The notes under the pieces were generated by a model. It searched no databases. It was not told the DNA's origin and saw nothing but the letters and a program-made list of their open reading frames with translations. Positions 28,087-37,850 of a DNA stretch of 64,000 nucleotides are shown one piece after another. The DNA is from Methanocorpusculaceae archaeon UBA425 (GTDB taxonomy: Archaea > Halobacteriota > Methanomicrobia > Methanomicrobiales > Methanocorpusculaceae). Numbering within the stretch: position 1 is the stretch's first letter; each line of letters starts with the position of its first letter. The translations under genes and the position numbers were made by a program. The DNA lies in contig DAWV01000017.1 in assembly GCA_002506085.1 (NCBI GenBank), forward strand, positions 2,602-66,601, read 5' to 3'.

Positions 28087-28746
28087 ATGAAGATAATAGA
28101 TTTAACCCATGATCTCGAACCCGGCATGCCCTGCTTCAAAGCAGGCTGGCATGAACCCTTTTCATCGACCACTCTTGGCACAATTGAAACGGTCGGAAGA
28201 AACACAAAAAAACTCGTTATGGGCAGCCATACCGGAACCCATATCGATTCCCCCGCTCACTTCATTCCGGAGGGGAAAAACATCGCCGATATCCCTCTCC
28301 AAGCGCTCTGCGGAGATGTGACGTTACTTGATTTGAGGCATGTCGGTCAGAACACTGCAGTAACCCCTGCCGACCTTAGGGGAATACCATTACATCAGAG
28401 AGTAATCTGCATATTCGGATGGGACGCTCACTGGGATAAGGGCGACTTTTATCAGAATTATCCCTATTTCAGCGAAGAAGCTGCACAATTTCTCATAGAG
28501 TCCGGCGTAAAAATTCTCGCAATGGACACGCCCTCGCCTGACGACAGCAGAACGCCGCTTCATTCATCAAACGACTCGGCAATACACAAACTCTTCCTCA
28601 AAAATGATATAATCCTCATCGAATATCTCGCAAACACTGAGACGATAGATTTTACTAAGGAATATCAGCTGATAGCACTCCCCATGAAAATCAAATCCTG
28701 CGACGGTGCCCCTGCACGAGTAATCCTTATAGAAAAGGAGGAATAA
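28087..28746 (+). CDS. Cyclase-family (kynurenine formamidase-like) metal hydrolase
   Basis: HTGTHIDSPAH, IEYLAN, ALP.KI..CDGAP.R. Confidence 0.88.
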   Translation: MKIIDLTHDLEPGMPCFKAGWHEPFSSTTLGTIETVGRNTKKLVMGSHTGTHIDSPAHFIPEGKNIADIPLQALCGDVTLLDLRHVGQNTAVTPADLRGIPLHQRVICIFGWDAHWDKGDFYQNYPYFSEEAAQFLIESGVKILAMDTPSPDDSRTPLHSSNDSAIHKLFLKNDIILIEYLANTETIDFTKEYQLIALPMKIKSCDGAPARVILIEKEE

Positions 28747-28769
28747 TTAATCTGACAGATAGTATCCGC

Positions 28770-29804
28770 TTATGTCGCACAATTCGAACACAACATAGTG
28801 TCTGAACTTCGCGCCAGGGATATTTTCTTCATCCTCATCGCTATTCTGCACAGTTTTTTATAATCCATATTCGTCTGATCCTGCTTTGCATATTCTATTA
28901 TCAGCCGGTAGGGATTCACCTTGTATTCATCAGCGCACTTTCTGATATATTTCAGGAAACTGGTGTGGAATCCGGCATATCCGCAGACATAATCAAACGG
29001 ATCGGTCAGCGCTTTATCTGTTATGGGGCGAAGGAGATCATATCCGGCGGAAAATAATTCAACGAGATCGATATCGCTCTCATACCCTTTTTTCTCCAGA
29101 ATCGCCATCAGCATTTCGGTACTGGCATTGCCGGAACTTCTTCCAAGCCCCTGTAAGGAACAATCTATGAAGTCAAATCCAAGATGTGCACAATACGCAC
29201 TGTTTGAGACAGCGAGACCAAGATTGTTGTGACCGTGAAATCCAAGCTGTATCTCCGAGACTTCTCTTACTGCGTCATAATATTTTTTAATCTCATCCGG
29301 AAACATACTGCCGGCCGAGTCGACGACATACACGCAGTCAGCCCCGTATTTTTCCGATAGCAAAACATTTTCTGCAAATATTTCCGGTGTGAGAATATAG
29401 GATTTCATGTAATTCGTCATCACCGTCAATCCAAGGTTATCTGCTTCACGAATATACGGCTCGGTCAGCGGAACCCGGTCTGCGTTAATCCCGACACGGA
29501 CAAAGGAGGCACCGTAATCGGCTGCAGTCTCTAAATCCTCCAGCCTCGCAATGCCGGGAATGCAGAACATCCCGAATTTGGATTTCGTTAATGTCTCACC
29601 GGCAGCCTGCAGGTACTCTTCGTCAGTATGTGCACAGACACCGTTTTCCGGCGAGCTGGCGTGCAGCCCCATGCCGTGTCCGATTTCAATCAGTTCTATA
29701 CCCATCTCTTCCAGTTTTGAAGAGATTGTTCTCACGTCGGAACAGGAGAAGTTAAAATCAACAGCATAGCTCCCGTCCCTGATAGTAGTGTCCAATATTT
29801 TCAT
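28770..29804 (-). CDS. DRE-TIM metallolyase, 4-hydroxy-2-oxovalerate aldolase (DmpG)-like
   Basis: DTTIRDGSY, IEIGHG.GL, VVDSAG, GFHGHNNLGLA, GLGRSSGN..TE. Confidence 0.8.
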   Translation of the reverse strand: MKILDTTIRDGSYAVDFNFSCSDVRTISSKLEEMGIELIEIGHGMGLHASSPENGVCAHTDEEYLQAAGETLTKSKFGMFCIPGIARLEDLETAADYGASFVRVGINADRVPLTEPYIREADNLGLTVMTNYMKSYILTPEIFAENVLLSEKYGADCVYVVDSAGSMFPDEIKKYYDAVREVSEIQLGFHGHNNLGLAVSNSAYCAHLGFDFIDCSLQGLGRSSGNASTEMLMAILEKKGYESDIDLVELFSAGYDLLRPITDKALTDPFDYVCGYAGFHTSFLKYIRKCADEYKVNPYRLIIEYAKQDQTNMDYKKLCRIAMRMKKISLARSSDTMLCSNCAT

Positions 29805-30000
29805 GCATCCCTTTCCTATGGGTTCCAGGCTTCCTTACCTGCGAATAACTGTTACGGCAGTCACGCAGAACTTATTCGAGGACGAAACGACCTGGTTTGT
29901 AGTTTTTCAAAATTCCAGCCGGAATTTGACGTATTTATATGTCGTCCTTACTTTGCGTCAGGATAAGTAGATAATTACCAGGAACGACATAAATAATTAG

Positions 30001-30020
30001 TGTTACGTCAAAACGTAACA
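30001..30020. promoter_or_regulatory. Perfect palindrome, candidate operator
   Basis: TGTTACGT-CAAA-ACGTAACA, 27 nt upstream of the TrmB-family gene in a divergent promoter region. Confidence 0.5.
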
Positions 30021-30047
30021 ATGAATTATGGATGATCATGGAGTGAC

Positions 30048-30848
30048 GTGCCAATGCAGGAGATTGTAGAGAAGTTGAAGACAATCGGTATGACCGAGAA
30101 TGAGGCAAAAGTTTATGCGGTTTTATTTGAACTGAAGGTGGCGACGGCCAGGGAAATTCATGAAATTAGCAAGGTTCCGCGGAATAAAGTCTATGAAGCC
30201 CTGTCCCGTCTTGAGGAAAAAGGATTTGTGGGAACTGCCGCGGAGGAGGGGACGTCCAGATATTTCATCCATGACATTTCCAAGACGTTTACTCATCTGA
30301 AACAGGCGAGTCTGGAACGCCTGAATGATGTTGAACAGTATCTTCACTCAAAAATTACCTATCTGCACAACAGACCCATGTTGTCCCATTCCCTGCAAAG
30401 TAACTGGGCGATTGAAAGCCATATCAGGATGATTTTTGCACGGAGCAAAAATGAGATTATTCTGATCTGCCATAATCCGGCATATGTGAAAAAGAATATT
30501 CAGAATCTTCAGAGTCTGTCAAAGAAGATCGACCTGTATCTGATTGTCCCGGATGATCTGAATCCGGGGTATTTTCCGATTCGCTGTTATACTGTTCACC
30601 CGGATCTAAAAGAGTTCATGAATCCGCAAATCAGGGAGGGACCGGGGTCCAATCAGGTACTCGATCTTACCATTCATGCAGACAGAATGGATACACTCAT
30701 CATCGGAAAAACGGAGGGGCATGCTTTTGGCATCTTCTCGGCGGACAATCCGTCAGCCTCGATTCTGGCAAAGTATCTGCTTAAAAATATTAAGCCGCTC
30801 ACGAAAGAGACCGGGGCGGAGATAAAGGATTCATCCGGGGTCGTCTGA
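30048..30848 (+). CDS. TrmB-family transcriptional regulator
   Basis: GMTENEAKVY..L, VPRNKVYEAL..LEEKGFV wHTH, followed by a TrmB-like effector region. Confidence 0.88.
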   Translation: MPMQEIVEKLKTIGMTENEAKVYAVLFELKVATAREIHEISKVPRNKVYEALSRLEEKGFVGTAAEEGTSRYFIHDISKTFTHLKQASLERLNDVEQYLHSKITYLHNRPMLSHSLQSNWAIESHIRMIFARSKNEIILICHNPAYVKKNIQNLQSLSKKIDLYLIVPDDLNPGYFPIRCYTVHPDLKEFMNPQIREGPGSNQVLDLTIHADRMDTLIIGKTEGHAFGIFSADNPSASILAKYLLKNIKPLTKETGAEIKDSSGVV

Positions 30849-30884
30849 CGGCATGCTGATTCGAAAAAAGAGGATTTGCTCTGA

Positions 30885-31631
30885 TTATGTTCTGGCAAGA
30901 CCATCTACATAGAGAATCTGACCGGAAATGTACCGTGCCTCATCGCTCGCAAGGAAAACGAATGCATCGGCAATGTCTTTCGGTTCGCCGAGACGCTTCA
31001 GAGGAATCTGGGATATCAGCGGATTTATCATTTCCTCAGGAACGGCTTTCATCATATCGGTGTTGGTAATCCCCGGACCGACTGCGTTTACCCGGATGCC
31101 CTTCGGTCCCAGTTCTCTTGCGAGAGAGAGCGTAAAGCCGTTGATCGCGGACTTGGATGTCGGATAAGCAATCCCTCCGGACTGACCGTATTTACCGGCG
31201 ATGGAACTTGTATTCAGGATGACGCCCTTCTTTTGTGCAATCATGCTGTCAATTACGGCTCTGGAACAGTTGAACGCACCTTTTAAGTTGATATCAAGGA
31301 TGCTCTGAAAGAGTTCTTCCGTATATTCGACAAACGGCGTGTCCTCCGAAACACCTGCATTGTTGACCAGGATGTCTACTTTTCCATGCGTTTTGATGAC
31401 CTCATCAAAACTCTTCTTAACTGATGCAAATGAAGTCAGGTCAGGATAAATCCCGGATACTTTATACTCAGGATGGCTTGATTTCAAAATGGCGACTGCC
31501 TTATCCGCAGATTCCTTTTGTGAACCGCAGAGGATTACTGTTGCGCCCTCTTCCAGAAATCTCCGAACGGTGGAATTACCAATTCCTCTGCTTCCTCCGG
31601 TAACAATGGCGATTTTGTTTTGCAATCTCAT
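30885..31631 (-). CDS. Classical SDR oxidoreductase (FabG-like)
   Basis: TGGSRGIG, NNAG, YPTSK (YxxxK), IRVNAVGPG. Confidence 0.9.
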   Translation of the reverse strand: MRLQNKIAIVTGGSRGIGNSTVRRFLEEGATVILCGSQKESADKAVAILKSSHPEYKVSGIYPDLTSFASVKKSFDEVIKTHGKVDILVNNAGVSEDTPFVEYTEELFQSILDINLKGAFNCSRAVIDSMIAQKKGVILNTSSIAGKYGQSGGIAYPTSKSAINGFTLSLARELGPKGIRVNAVGPGITNTDMMKAVPEEMINPLISQIPLKRLGEPKDIADAFVFLASDEARYISGQILYVDGLART

Positions 31632-31818
31632 ACAATACTCCCGCCCATGTCAGATTATACAAAACAACATGGTTACGTTATCATTGCTTTGAGGTAAAAT
31701 AAAGATTACCCGCGGATATTTTTAGTTTAGAGTCGGTCCAATCGGGATGTCAATCCGCGGGAGCGAGTGGTTATTGATTGACGAATCAGTTTTGGTTCTG
31801 CTTTTGTTTCGTGTAAGT

Positions 31819-32006
31819 TGCGGGCTGCTCCGAAGGAGCGGCCTCAGCGGAGCAAATCTTTGATTTGCGACTGCGGGGTGAGCCGAAGCAGACGACCTCA
31901 ACTGAGGCGGACTGCCACGAAGGGGCAGGCTTAGCTGAGCAAGGCTTTGCCTTGCGACCAAGTTTTCGAAGGAAACTTGCGACTGCGGGCTGACACGCAG
32001 TGGCGG
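31819..32006 (+). repeat. Modular palindromic intergenic repeat, copy A
   Basis: Modules TGCGG...AGC(G/T)GAG-CAA[hairpin]TTGCGAC; hairpins GCAAATC-TTT-GATTTGC, GCAAGGC-TTT-GCCTTGC, CAAGTTT-TCGAAGG-AAACTTG are shared with the 53.6 kb and 58.1 kb copies. Confidence 0.85.
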
Positions 32007-32091
32007 CATGAGAAGAAATGTATATCACAGAATCCGCGATCGGACAGACTCAGAAATAATAGGGATATCAGTTACTGTATTTTTCCCATTC

Positions 32092-32424
32092 CTACTTTTT
32101 ATAGAGAATAATCCAGCCGACTGCAAGTCCCATGACAGCCACGCATATGTAGATCGGGAGGTAAACAAGGGCTGAGTCATTATAATACAGAAAGATGGCG
32201 GGGAAAAATGCGGCTCCGCATATCAGCGGATGAAGGATTGCTGATTTTTTAATACCTCCGGCTATCCCTGCGGGGATTCCTGTCAGAATGCAGACGACAG
32301 GGTTTACTATGAGGAGAAGGAACCAGGCAAGACCCTCTTCCTGCAGAACCAGAAGCGGGAGGAGGTAGTATACGATTCCCAAGACAAGAAGTGTCCCAAG
32401 CAGTAACGCGGCAAACGGCTTCAT
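32092..32424 (-). CDS. Small 4-TM membrane protein (possibly DUF2651-like)
   Basis: Hydrophobic 110 aa ORF; FFPAIFLYYNDSAL.Y segment. Family call is from memory. Confidence 0.6.
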   Translation of the reverse strand: MKPFAALLLGTLLVLGIVYYLLPLLVLQEEGLAWFLLLIVNPVVCILTGIPAGIAGGIKKSAILHPLICGAAFFPAIFLYYNDSALVYLPIYICVAVMGLAVGWIILYKK

Positions 32425-32426
32425 GA

Positions 32427-32609
32427 TTATTTATTCGGCATCAGAAGAGCGACACCGTATAGGGCTGCACCAAGGGCAAGAAGTGTAATGGCAGAGGCGG
32501 GTTCTATTTTCTGCATGAGGGATAACACGAAAACTGCAATACCCATTGCAAAACCGACTGCAGTGCAGATGAGCTTCGGGTGATTGATTTTATTATTTTC
32601 TTCGGTCAT
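32427..32609 (-). CDS. Small 2-TM membrane protein
   Basis: 60 aa with two hydrophobic helices; 2 nt from the next gene (operon-like); AAGGA upstream. Confidence 0.6.
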   Translation of the reverse strand: MTEENNKINHPKLICTAVGFAMGIAVFVLSLMQKIEPASAITLLALGAALYGVALLMPNK

Positions 32610-32639
32610 GGGAAATCATTTGGTCCTTCTTCCATATGA

Positions 32640-32805
32640 AAAGAGCGGTAGGCAGGGTTCCGTTCCCGCGAAATCAGCAATATCGGATTGTATCGGGCTG
32701 CCGCCTTCTCTGAACCGGTGACTGCGCTCCGTCATCAAACGAAGCCTTTTCACAGATTTTCCGGGTGGTCAGAAAGGGTGCCGGTTGGAAACCGGTTCGT
32801 TTGCT
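32640..32805. ncRNA. Candidate structured RNA or leader (unassigned)
   Basis: GC-rich intergenic stretch with nested inverted repeats; TGATGA and CTGA 64 nt apart on the minus strand. Confidence 0.3.
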
Positions 32806-32884
32806 TTGATTTTAACCTGATGAAAGCGGTGGGTTTATATCATTCAAAGAGCTACTTAGTAGAGCACTTAGTGTGTAAAGCTAA

Positions 32885-32956
32885 GTCCCGGTAGGGTAGA
32901 GGATATCCTAGAAGCCTGCGGAGCTTTTGACCGGGGTTCGAATCCCCGTCGGGACG
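32885..32956 (+). tRNA. tRNA-Arg(GCG), intronless, CCA not encoded
   Basis: Acceptor GTCCCGG/TCGGGAC; anticodon arm GAAGC-CTGCGGA-GCTTT; T-arm with GGTTCGAATCC; TTTATAT box upstream. Confidence 0.95.
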
Positions 32957-33732
32957 TCAATGGTTCAAAACCAATCCCTTTTTAATTAATGTAACCTGTT
33001 TTCACCATTTGTCATAAACCGGCATAAGCGCATCATATTTTCATACCGGAAACCCATGCAAGTATCTTTTCGCCAACCGATGCCCGGAAGAAACGGCGGG
33101 AAGTTTGTCTCTCATATAAATACCTGTGCACGTAAAAACGTCAGAAGTAATGCAGTGTACTTTTTTTAAGTTAATTTACGATACAATGGTATAATTAGAT
33201 TATGCGAAATTATTCCTGAAATATCCCTACTATCGCAGAGAATGGCAACAGATATATACAATAATGAAACGTAACACTATATTCATAGGATATTAGATTC
33301 GTTACCTGTGTATTTGTGTTAATAATTGTGTGGATGGCATGTCATAAATGAATTTTATCGTTACAAATGTATATTTTTCAATGTAGTAACATAGTTTGTG
33401 CTCTATGTCCCCCATATCTCGGCAGAAAATACCTGGTGATGATTGTAATCCGGGATATGTGAGAGATAGACTATGCTGCCAAATCATCATGATGATAACC
33501 GGCTGGATGAACTCCGGAATCAACATTCTTATAGTGAGGAGTGTCCTGTTTTATGCCGTGACAAATCCGGAAAAAATGGGTTTTATCGAAAACCGCAGGA
33601 GATTCCAATCCGAACCGTTCCGCATTATATGGTGAAGCAATGCTGCCTGCACAATTCATCTCAGTCAGGCGATCAATCAAAAGGACAATATGAATGGTTA
33701 CGAGGACACGCAGAATTGACGAGCCATCAGTA

Positions 33733-34884
33733 ATGCTACGTATTCTGCTTACCGACGGGTCATACAAGCAGACTCTTTCTGCGATTCAGCATCTCCCGAA
33801 AGACTACCACATATCAGTGTTAACCGAAGGCAGGAGAGTTCAGACACCAAGCTTCTACTCGCGGTATTGTAATCATGTAATAGTCGTCCCGCCATGTACA
33901 ACTCAGGAAGAACGTCTGTCTTCATTATTGTTATGTCTAAAGGAAGGGAATTATGATATCCTCATACCTGTCGGATTCAAGTATTCAGATGTAGTCTCAC
34001 AATATTCTGCTGAAATTAAAAAGTATGTTCAGGTTCTTGCTCCGGAGTATTCCGATTTTATTATTGCTTCCCATAAGGACCAGACGATGGACCTTGCCCG
34101 TTCTATCGGAGTCCCCATACCGGCAACAATGAAAATCGTCTGCGGGGAGGATCTTACTCATCTTACAGATTATCCTCAGGTGATGAAATCATCGACAGGC
34201 ACTGGCGGTTTCATCAGCTACAATTATTCACAAGATGAGTTGGCATCAGTGTATAAGACCCTCTCGCCGGAAGAAAAAACCCATGTGATATGCCAGGAAT
34301 ACATCTCCGGATTCGGCTGCGGGTATTTCGGCGTATATAATAACGGCGTTGAACTTGCCTATTATATGCATAAGCGGCTAAAGGAATATCCCATATCCGG
34401 GGGTCCGAGTGTTGCTGCCGAATCCTACTATGATGAACGGTTATTATCATACGGAAGAGCGCTATGTACTCAACTCCACTGGACCGGTCCGATCATGTGT
34501 GAATTCAAATATGATGAAAAACACGATGATTACAAACTTATTGAAATCAATCCGAAGTTATGGGGATCCCTTTCACTGACCCTGAATGCCGGAGTCAATA
34601 TTCCCCTGTATATTATTCAATGTCTGTCCGGGATGCCCGTATCTTTTAATAATCATTACAGATTTATTCAGTATCACTGGTTGTTAAACGGTGAATTGCT
34701 GCATGACTATGATTATCATACGCAGAATCACGGTTCCGCGCCCATCATCCCGACTGCAAAATGTTCAGTATCTGATATTAATTTCAGGGATCTGCTCCCG
34801 ACAATCTATCTGATTATATTCTCAGTATTTCAACTGATAGAACATATCCATAATTCCACGGTATATGAAGAAAATGATGAGTGA
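33733..34884 (+). CDS. ATP-grasp carboxylate-amine ligase
   Basis: ILLTDG.Y, PIPAT, QEYISG, HKRLKEYP..GG.S, CEFK, IEINPKLWGSL. Start moved to MLRIL (33733). Confidence 0.82.
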   Translation: MLRILLTDGSYKQTLSAIQHLPKDYHISVLTEGRRVQTPSFYSRYCNHVIVVPPCTTQEERLSSLLLCLKEGNYDILIPVGFKYSDVVSQYSAEIKKYVQVLAPEYSDFIIASHKDQTMDLARSIGVPIPATMKIVCGEDLTHLTDYPQVMKSSTGTGGFISYNYSQDELASVYKTLSPEEKTHVICQEYISGFGCGYFGVYNNGVELAYYMHKRLKEYPISGGPSVAAESYYDERLLSYGRALCTQLHWTGPIMCEFKYDEKHDDYKLIEINPKLWGSLSLTLNAGVNIPLYIIQCLSGMPVSFNNHYRFIQYHWLLNGELLHDYDYHTQNHGSAPIIPTAKCSVSDINFRDLLPTIYLIIFSVFQLIEHIHNSTVYEENDE

Positions 34885-35476
34885 TTTTCACATTCATTCA
34901 TATTATTCTCCGGACTCCTTAAATCCTCCATGTCTGATTCTGAAATTAGCACGAAAATGCGGTCTTGACATTATCGCAATAACGGACCATGACACCATTA
35001 AAGGAGGGCTTGCAGGTAAGAAATATATGCGTAACTCTGGGATTGAGGTGATTGTTGGTGCTGAAATACTCACGGATGCGGGGGATATTATAGGTCTCGA
35101 CCTTACCGACGAAATCCGGTCCCGCCAATATGAGGAAGTCATTATGGAGATTCATAATCAGGGGGGTCTTGTCACTTTCCCTCATCCCTTCCGTGGTCAC
35201 AAGCATATTGAGCAGATTGCTCATCTGGCTGATTTTATTGAAATCTGGAACGGACGTTCAAGTCAGGAACAAAATGAAAAAGCATTAGAACTTTCAAAGG
35301 CGCTTCATTTGAAAAAAATGGTCGGCAGTGATGCCCATCTCCCGACAGAAATCGGAAATACCCGGGCTCTTATATCGGATCAATGGCTTTTGCAGGAATA
35401 TGAAGTGCATCCTTTCCATACATATGAACTGTATATCAGCCAATCGGTAAAACGTATGAGAAAGAAACTTGCATAG
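34865..35476 (+). CDS. PHP-domain phosphoesterase
   Basis: DFHIHS.YS.DS, AITDHDT, HPFR, GSDAH. Confidence 0.85.
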   Translation: MKKMMSDFHIHSYYSPDSLNPPCLILKLARKCGLDIIAITDHDTIKGGLAGKKYMRNSGIEVIVGAEILTDAGDIIGLDLTDEIRSRQYEEVIMEIHNQGGLVTFPHPFRGHKHIEQIAHLADFIEIWNGRSSQEQNEKALELSKALHLKKMVGSDAHLPTEIGNTRALISDQWLLQEYEVHPFHTYELYISQSVKRMRKKLA

Positions 35477-35607
35477 CCGTTTTTCAGCAAAACCAAGAGT
35501 AAACAGCGGTTTTGTAATCCGGTGAATAACCGCGGGTCCGGGCGTTATCCCGATCATCTCGGAACCTGCTGTTAGATTTTCAAATTGAAGCAGTGCCGGG
35601 TTCTAAT

Positions 35608-37533
35608 CTATACCCAATACCCCTGTACACTTCCAATATCATATATAGTGTTGGTCCGGTCCAATTGTTCTTTATATGAACGTTCAACTATCATCGGAAT
35701 GGTGATCGTCTTGTAGTAATTCTCGAGCAGCCAGGTTATCTGGATAGGCCGGGTTTCCATATAATCCCTCCATATCACGATAGTGTTATCATAGTCTGCT
35801 CCTGTATCCTCGTATTTTATCGTATCTCTCTTGGTATATGCTTCCAGAACCCCGAATAACGAGCCTCCGTAGAGTTCATCCGCGGTTATCGTTTCCGTAA
35901 GATAAGGACAGAGTGTTCCAGCTGCACTCATCTCTTCAAACGTATAGGTGGTCGATATCCGGTATTCTTGGGAATATAACGGGCTGTCAAGGTTCGCCAC
36001 ACTTCCTGACATCATAATCAGGGCAAACACCACCATGATGCACGGCAGCACCTTCGCAAAGTGTCTCCATCTGAATGCAAGGAAGAGACACCCGACTGCC
36101 ATCATGACGGAGAAGAAGAGATACATAAAAGCAAACCATCGTGTCGGCATAATATTCCTCAGACCGAACAGCGGAAATACATAGGTCACGAACTGCAGAA
36201 GAAGGAATGCAGTAATAATAGTAAACGTGACTTTCGTGCGGTTTTTCGGGTGAAGCCAGAGATACATGGCAAATATGCAGAACGCAATGATAATCAGGTA
36301 TCCCCCATAGTCGAGGAAGAGAGACATAAACGATTCCCTGTATCCGGAATCTGCTGCAATCGCATCAGCCCTCTTCAGGAGTCCCGTATTCGTGCTGATT
36401 AGTGATAAATACAGTGAGGCAAATGTCTGTCCGAAAAAGTTCGATGAATTATATGCTGCATATGTCCATAGCAGAATAAGTGACACGGCATATGCTATGA
36501 AATAGATGAAATCGTTGACTGGTGTTACTTTTCTTTCCGAGATGAAATAATAGATACAACCTGAAACGAAAAATGCGCAAAGTGTTGTGAAAAGGATAAA
36601 CGAGGATACGGCATGAGTGAATAAGAGCGTGCCGGCGAATATGATAAACAGGATTCCCCAGACATGCTGCCCTTTCTCTTTCCAGACCCTGCCCATAAGA
36701 TAGATACAGAAATAAAACAGACACATGCCGAAGCTGGTTGTCTGCGGTGAAACGGCCCACATAATCGGATAATCACAGACAAGGATAATCAGAGTCGCCA
36801 GAAGCCCTGCTTTTTCTCCAAAAAAAAGACGGGCGAAGAGATATACGCAGACCGCTGAAATAACCAGCGGAAGGAGAACTGCGAGTCCGCTCGCTTCCTT
36901 TATCGGTGTATTGGTGATAATCTGAGTGATTGCTGTTGATATGTGCATTATGGGATAGGATACCTCTTTATTCATAAGTGAGGCAATATCCCCTGAGGCA
37001 ATCAGATACTCATTCATACCCATATGAATCCAGTAATCGATTCCTGATCCGCCGTAGAATAGGTAGACTGAAAGTCTGACCTGCAGCCCAAGCATCAGAA
37101 TTTTTAAAAGATGAAAGATGGAATCCTGTTTTTTTCTTGCTGATAATATGGAGACAACAATCAGTCCTGCACATATGGCAGTTATGATGAAAAATGCGGG
37201 CGGGCGGGTATTCGGGTTTGTTAATAATATCAGGAAGGAGACGGCAGTTAATATCCAGAACACTATGGAGGTTGTTTTCCCGGTTCGTATGCCAAAATAC
37301 GCGTTATGACTGCGATACATCTCATACGGGATTCCGATGTAGTTCTTTTTCCACAGCCTGATAAACAGATATAGCGGAGAAACGATTATCAGGGCGATTC
37401 CTATGATTAATATCATCATTGTTGGAGATATCTGATATAAATATAAGAGAAATATTCCAACCATAACGCCAAATAAAGCTACTGCTATGTCGAGACGGGA
37501 GAGGAGAAATTTGAGAAAGTATTTCGGCTTCAT
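35608..37533 (-). CDS. Polytopic membrane protein of the glycan cluster (GT-C / polymerase-like, unassigned)
   Basis: 641 aa with many TM segments, a D(Y/W).H motif in the first loop and a soluble C-terminal tail. Confidence 0.65.
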   Translation of the reverse strand: MKPKYFLKFLLSRLDIAVALFGVMVGIFLLYLYQISPTMMILIIGIALIIVSPLYLFIRLWKKNYIGIPYEMYRSHNAYFGIRTGKTTSIVFWILTAVSFLILLTNPNTRPPAFFIITAICAGLIVVSILSARKKQDSIFHLLKILMLGLQVRLSVYLFYGGSGIDYWIHMGMNEYLIASGDIASLMNKEVSYPIMHISTAITQIITNTPIKEASGLAVLLPLVISAVCVYLFARLFFGEKAGLLATLIILVCDYPIMWAVSPQTTSFGMCLFYFCIYLMGRVWKEKGQHVWGILFIIFAGTLLFTHAVSSFILFTTLCAFFVSGCIYYFISERKVTPVNDFIYFIAYAVSLILLWTYAAYNSSNFFGQTFASLYLSLISTNTGLLKRADAIAADSGYRESFMSLFLDYGGYLIIIAFCIFAMYLWLHPKNRTKVTFTIITAFLLLQFVTYVFPLFGLRNIMPTRWFAFMYLFFSVMMAVGCLFLAFRWRHFAKVLPCIMVVFALIMMSGSVANLDSPLYSQEYRISTTYTFEEMSAAGTLCPYLTETITADELYGGSLFGVLEAYTKRDTIKYEDTGADYDNTIVIWRDYMETRPIQITWLLENYYKTITIPMIVERSYKEQLDRTNTIYDIGSVQGYWV

Positions 37534-37850
37534 TTACACTCTATCTCTGGCAGCAGATATTATTGACCGGGTAACTGGCGATTAGCATCACAAAAGGTAA
37601 TAATTGCGACTGTCCAAAGGATATATTTGCAGTTCTAGAATAAATACCGTTGCTTTGTCCGGAACAATTCAAGTTGATAATGCTCGTAATTATAAGGAGA
37701 TTTTAACGATATTTACCGGATATATCCGATTTCTTCACAAGATTTGCAATAGGTTTCCCTGTGGAATAATCCTGTTTTTCGCCGCCCACTCCATAGTCAT
37801 GTTTTTTTTGGAGGCTGGTTTTGTCCCGGCGCTCTCCGGTCAAGAAAAGT

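Noticed and set aside
31722-32028. ORFs 31722-32009, 31786-32028 and 58015-58386 / 58071-58365
   Set aside because: They overlie the palindromic repeats; the shared peptide VANQRFAP simply reflects the repeat DNA.
32640-32830. TPP, guanidine-I (AGGGTTCCG) or c-di-AMP riboswitch; SRP or RNase P RNA
   Set aside because: Only isolated short motif matches; the required companion motifs (CTGAGA, GGACAAAAGCCCGG, CAGGCCCGGAAGGGAGCA, GAGGAAAGTCC) are absent.
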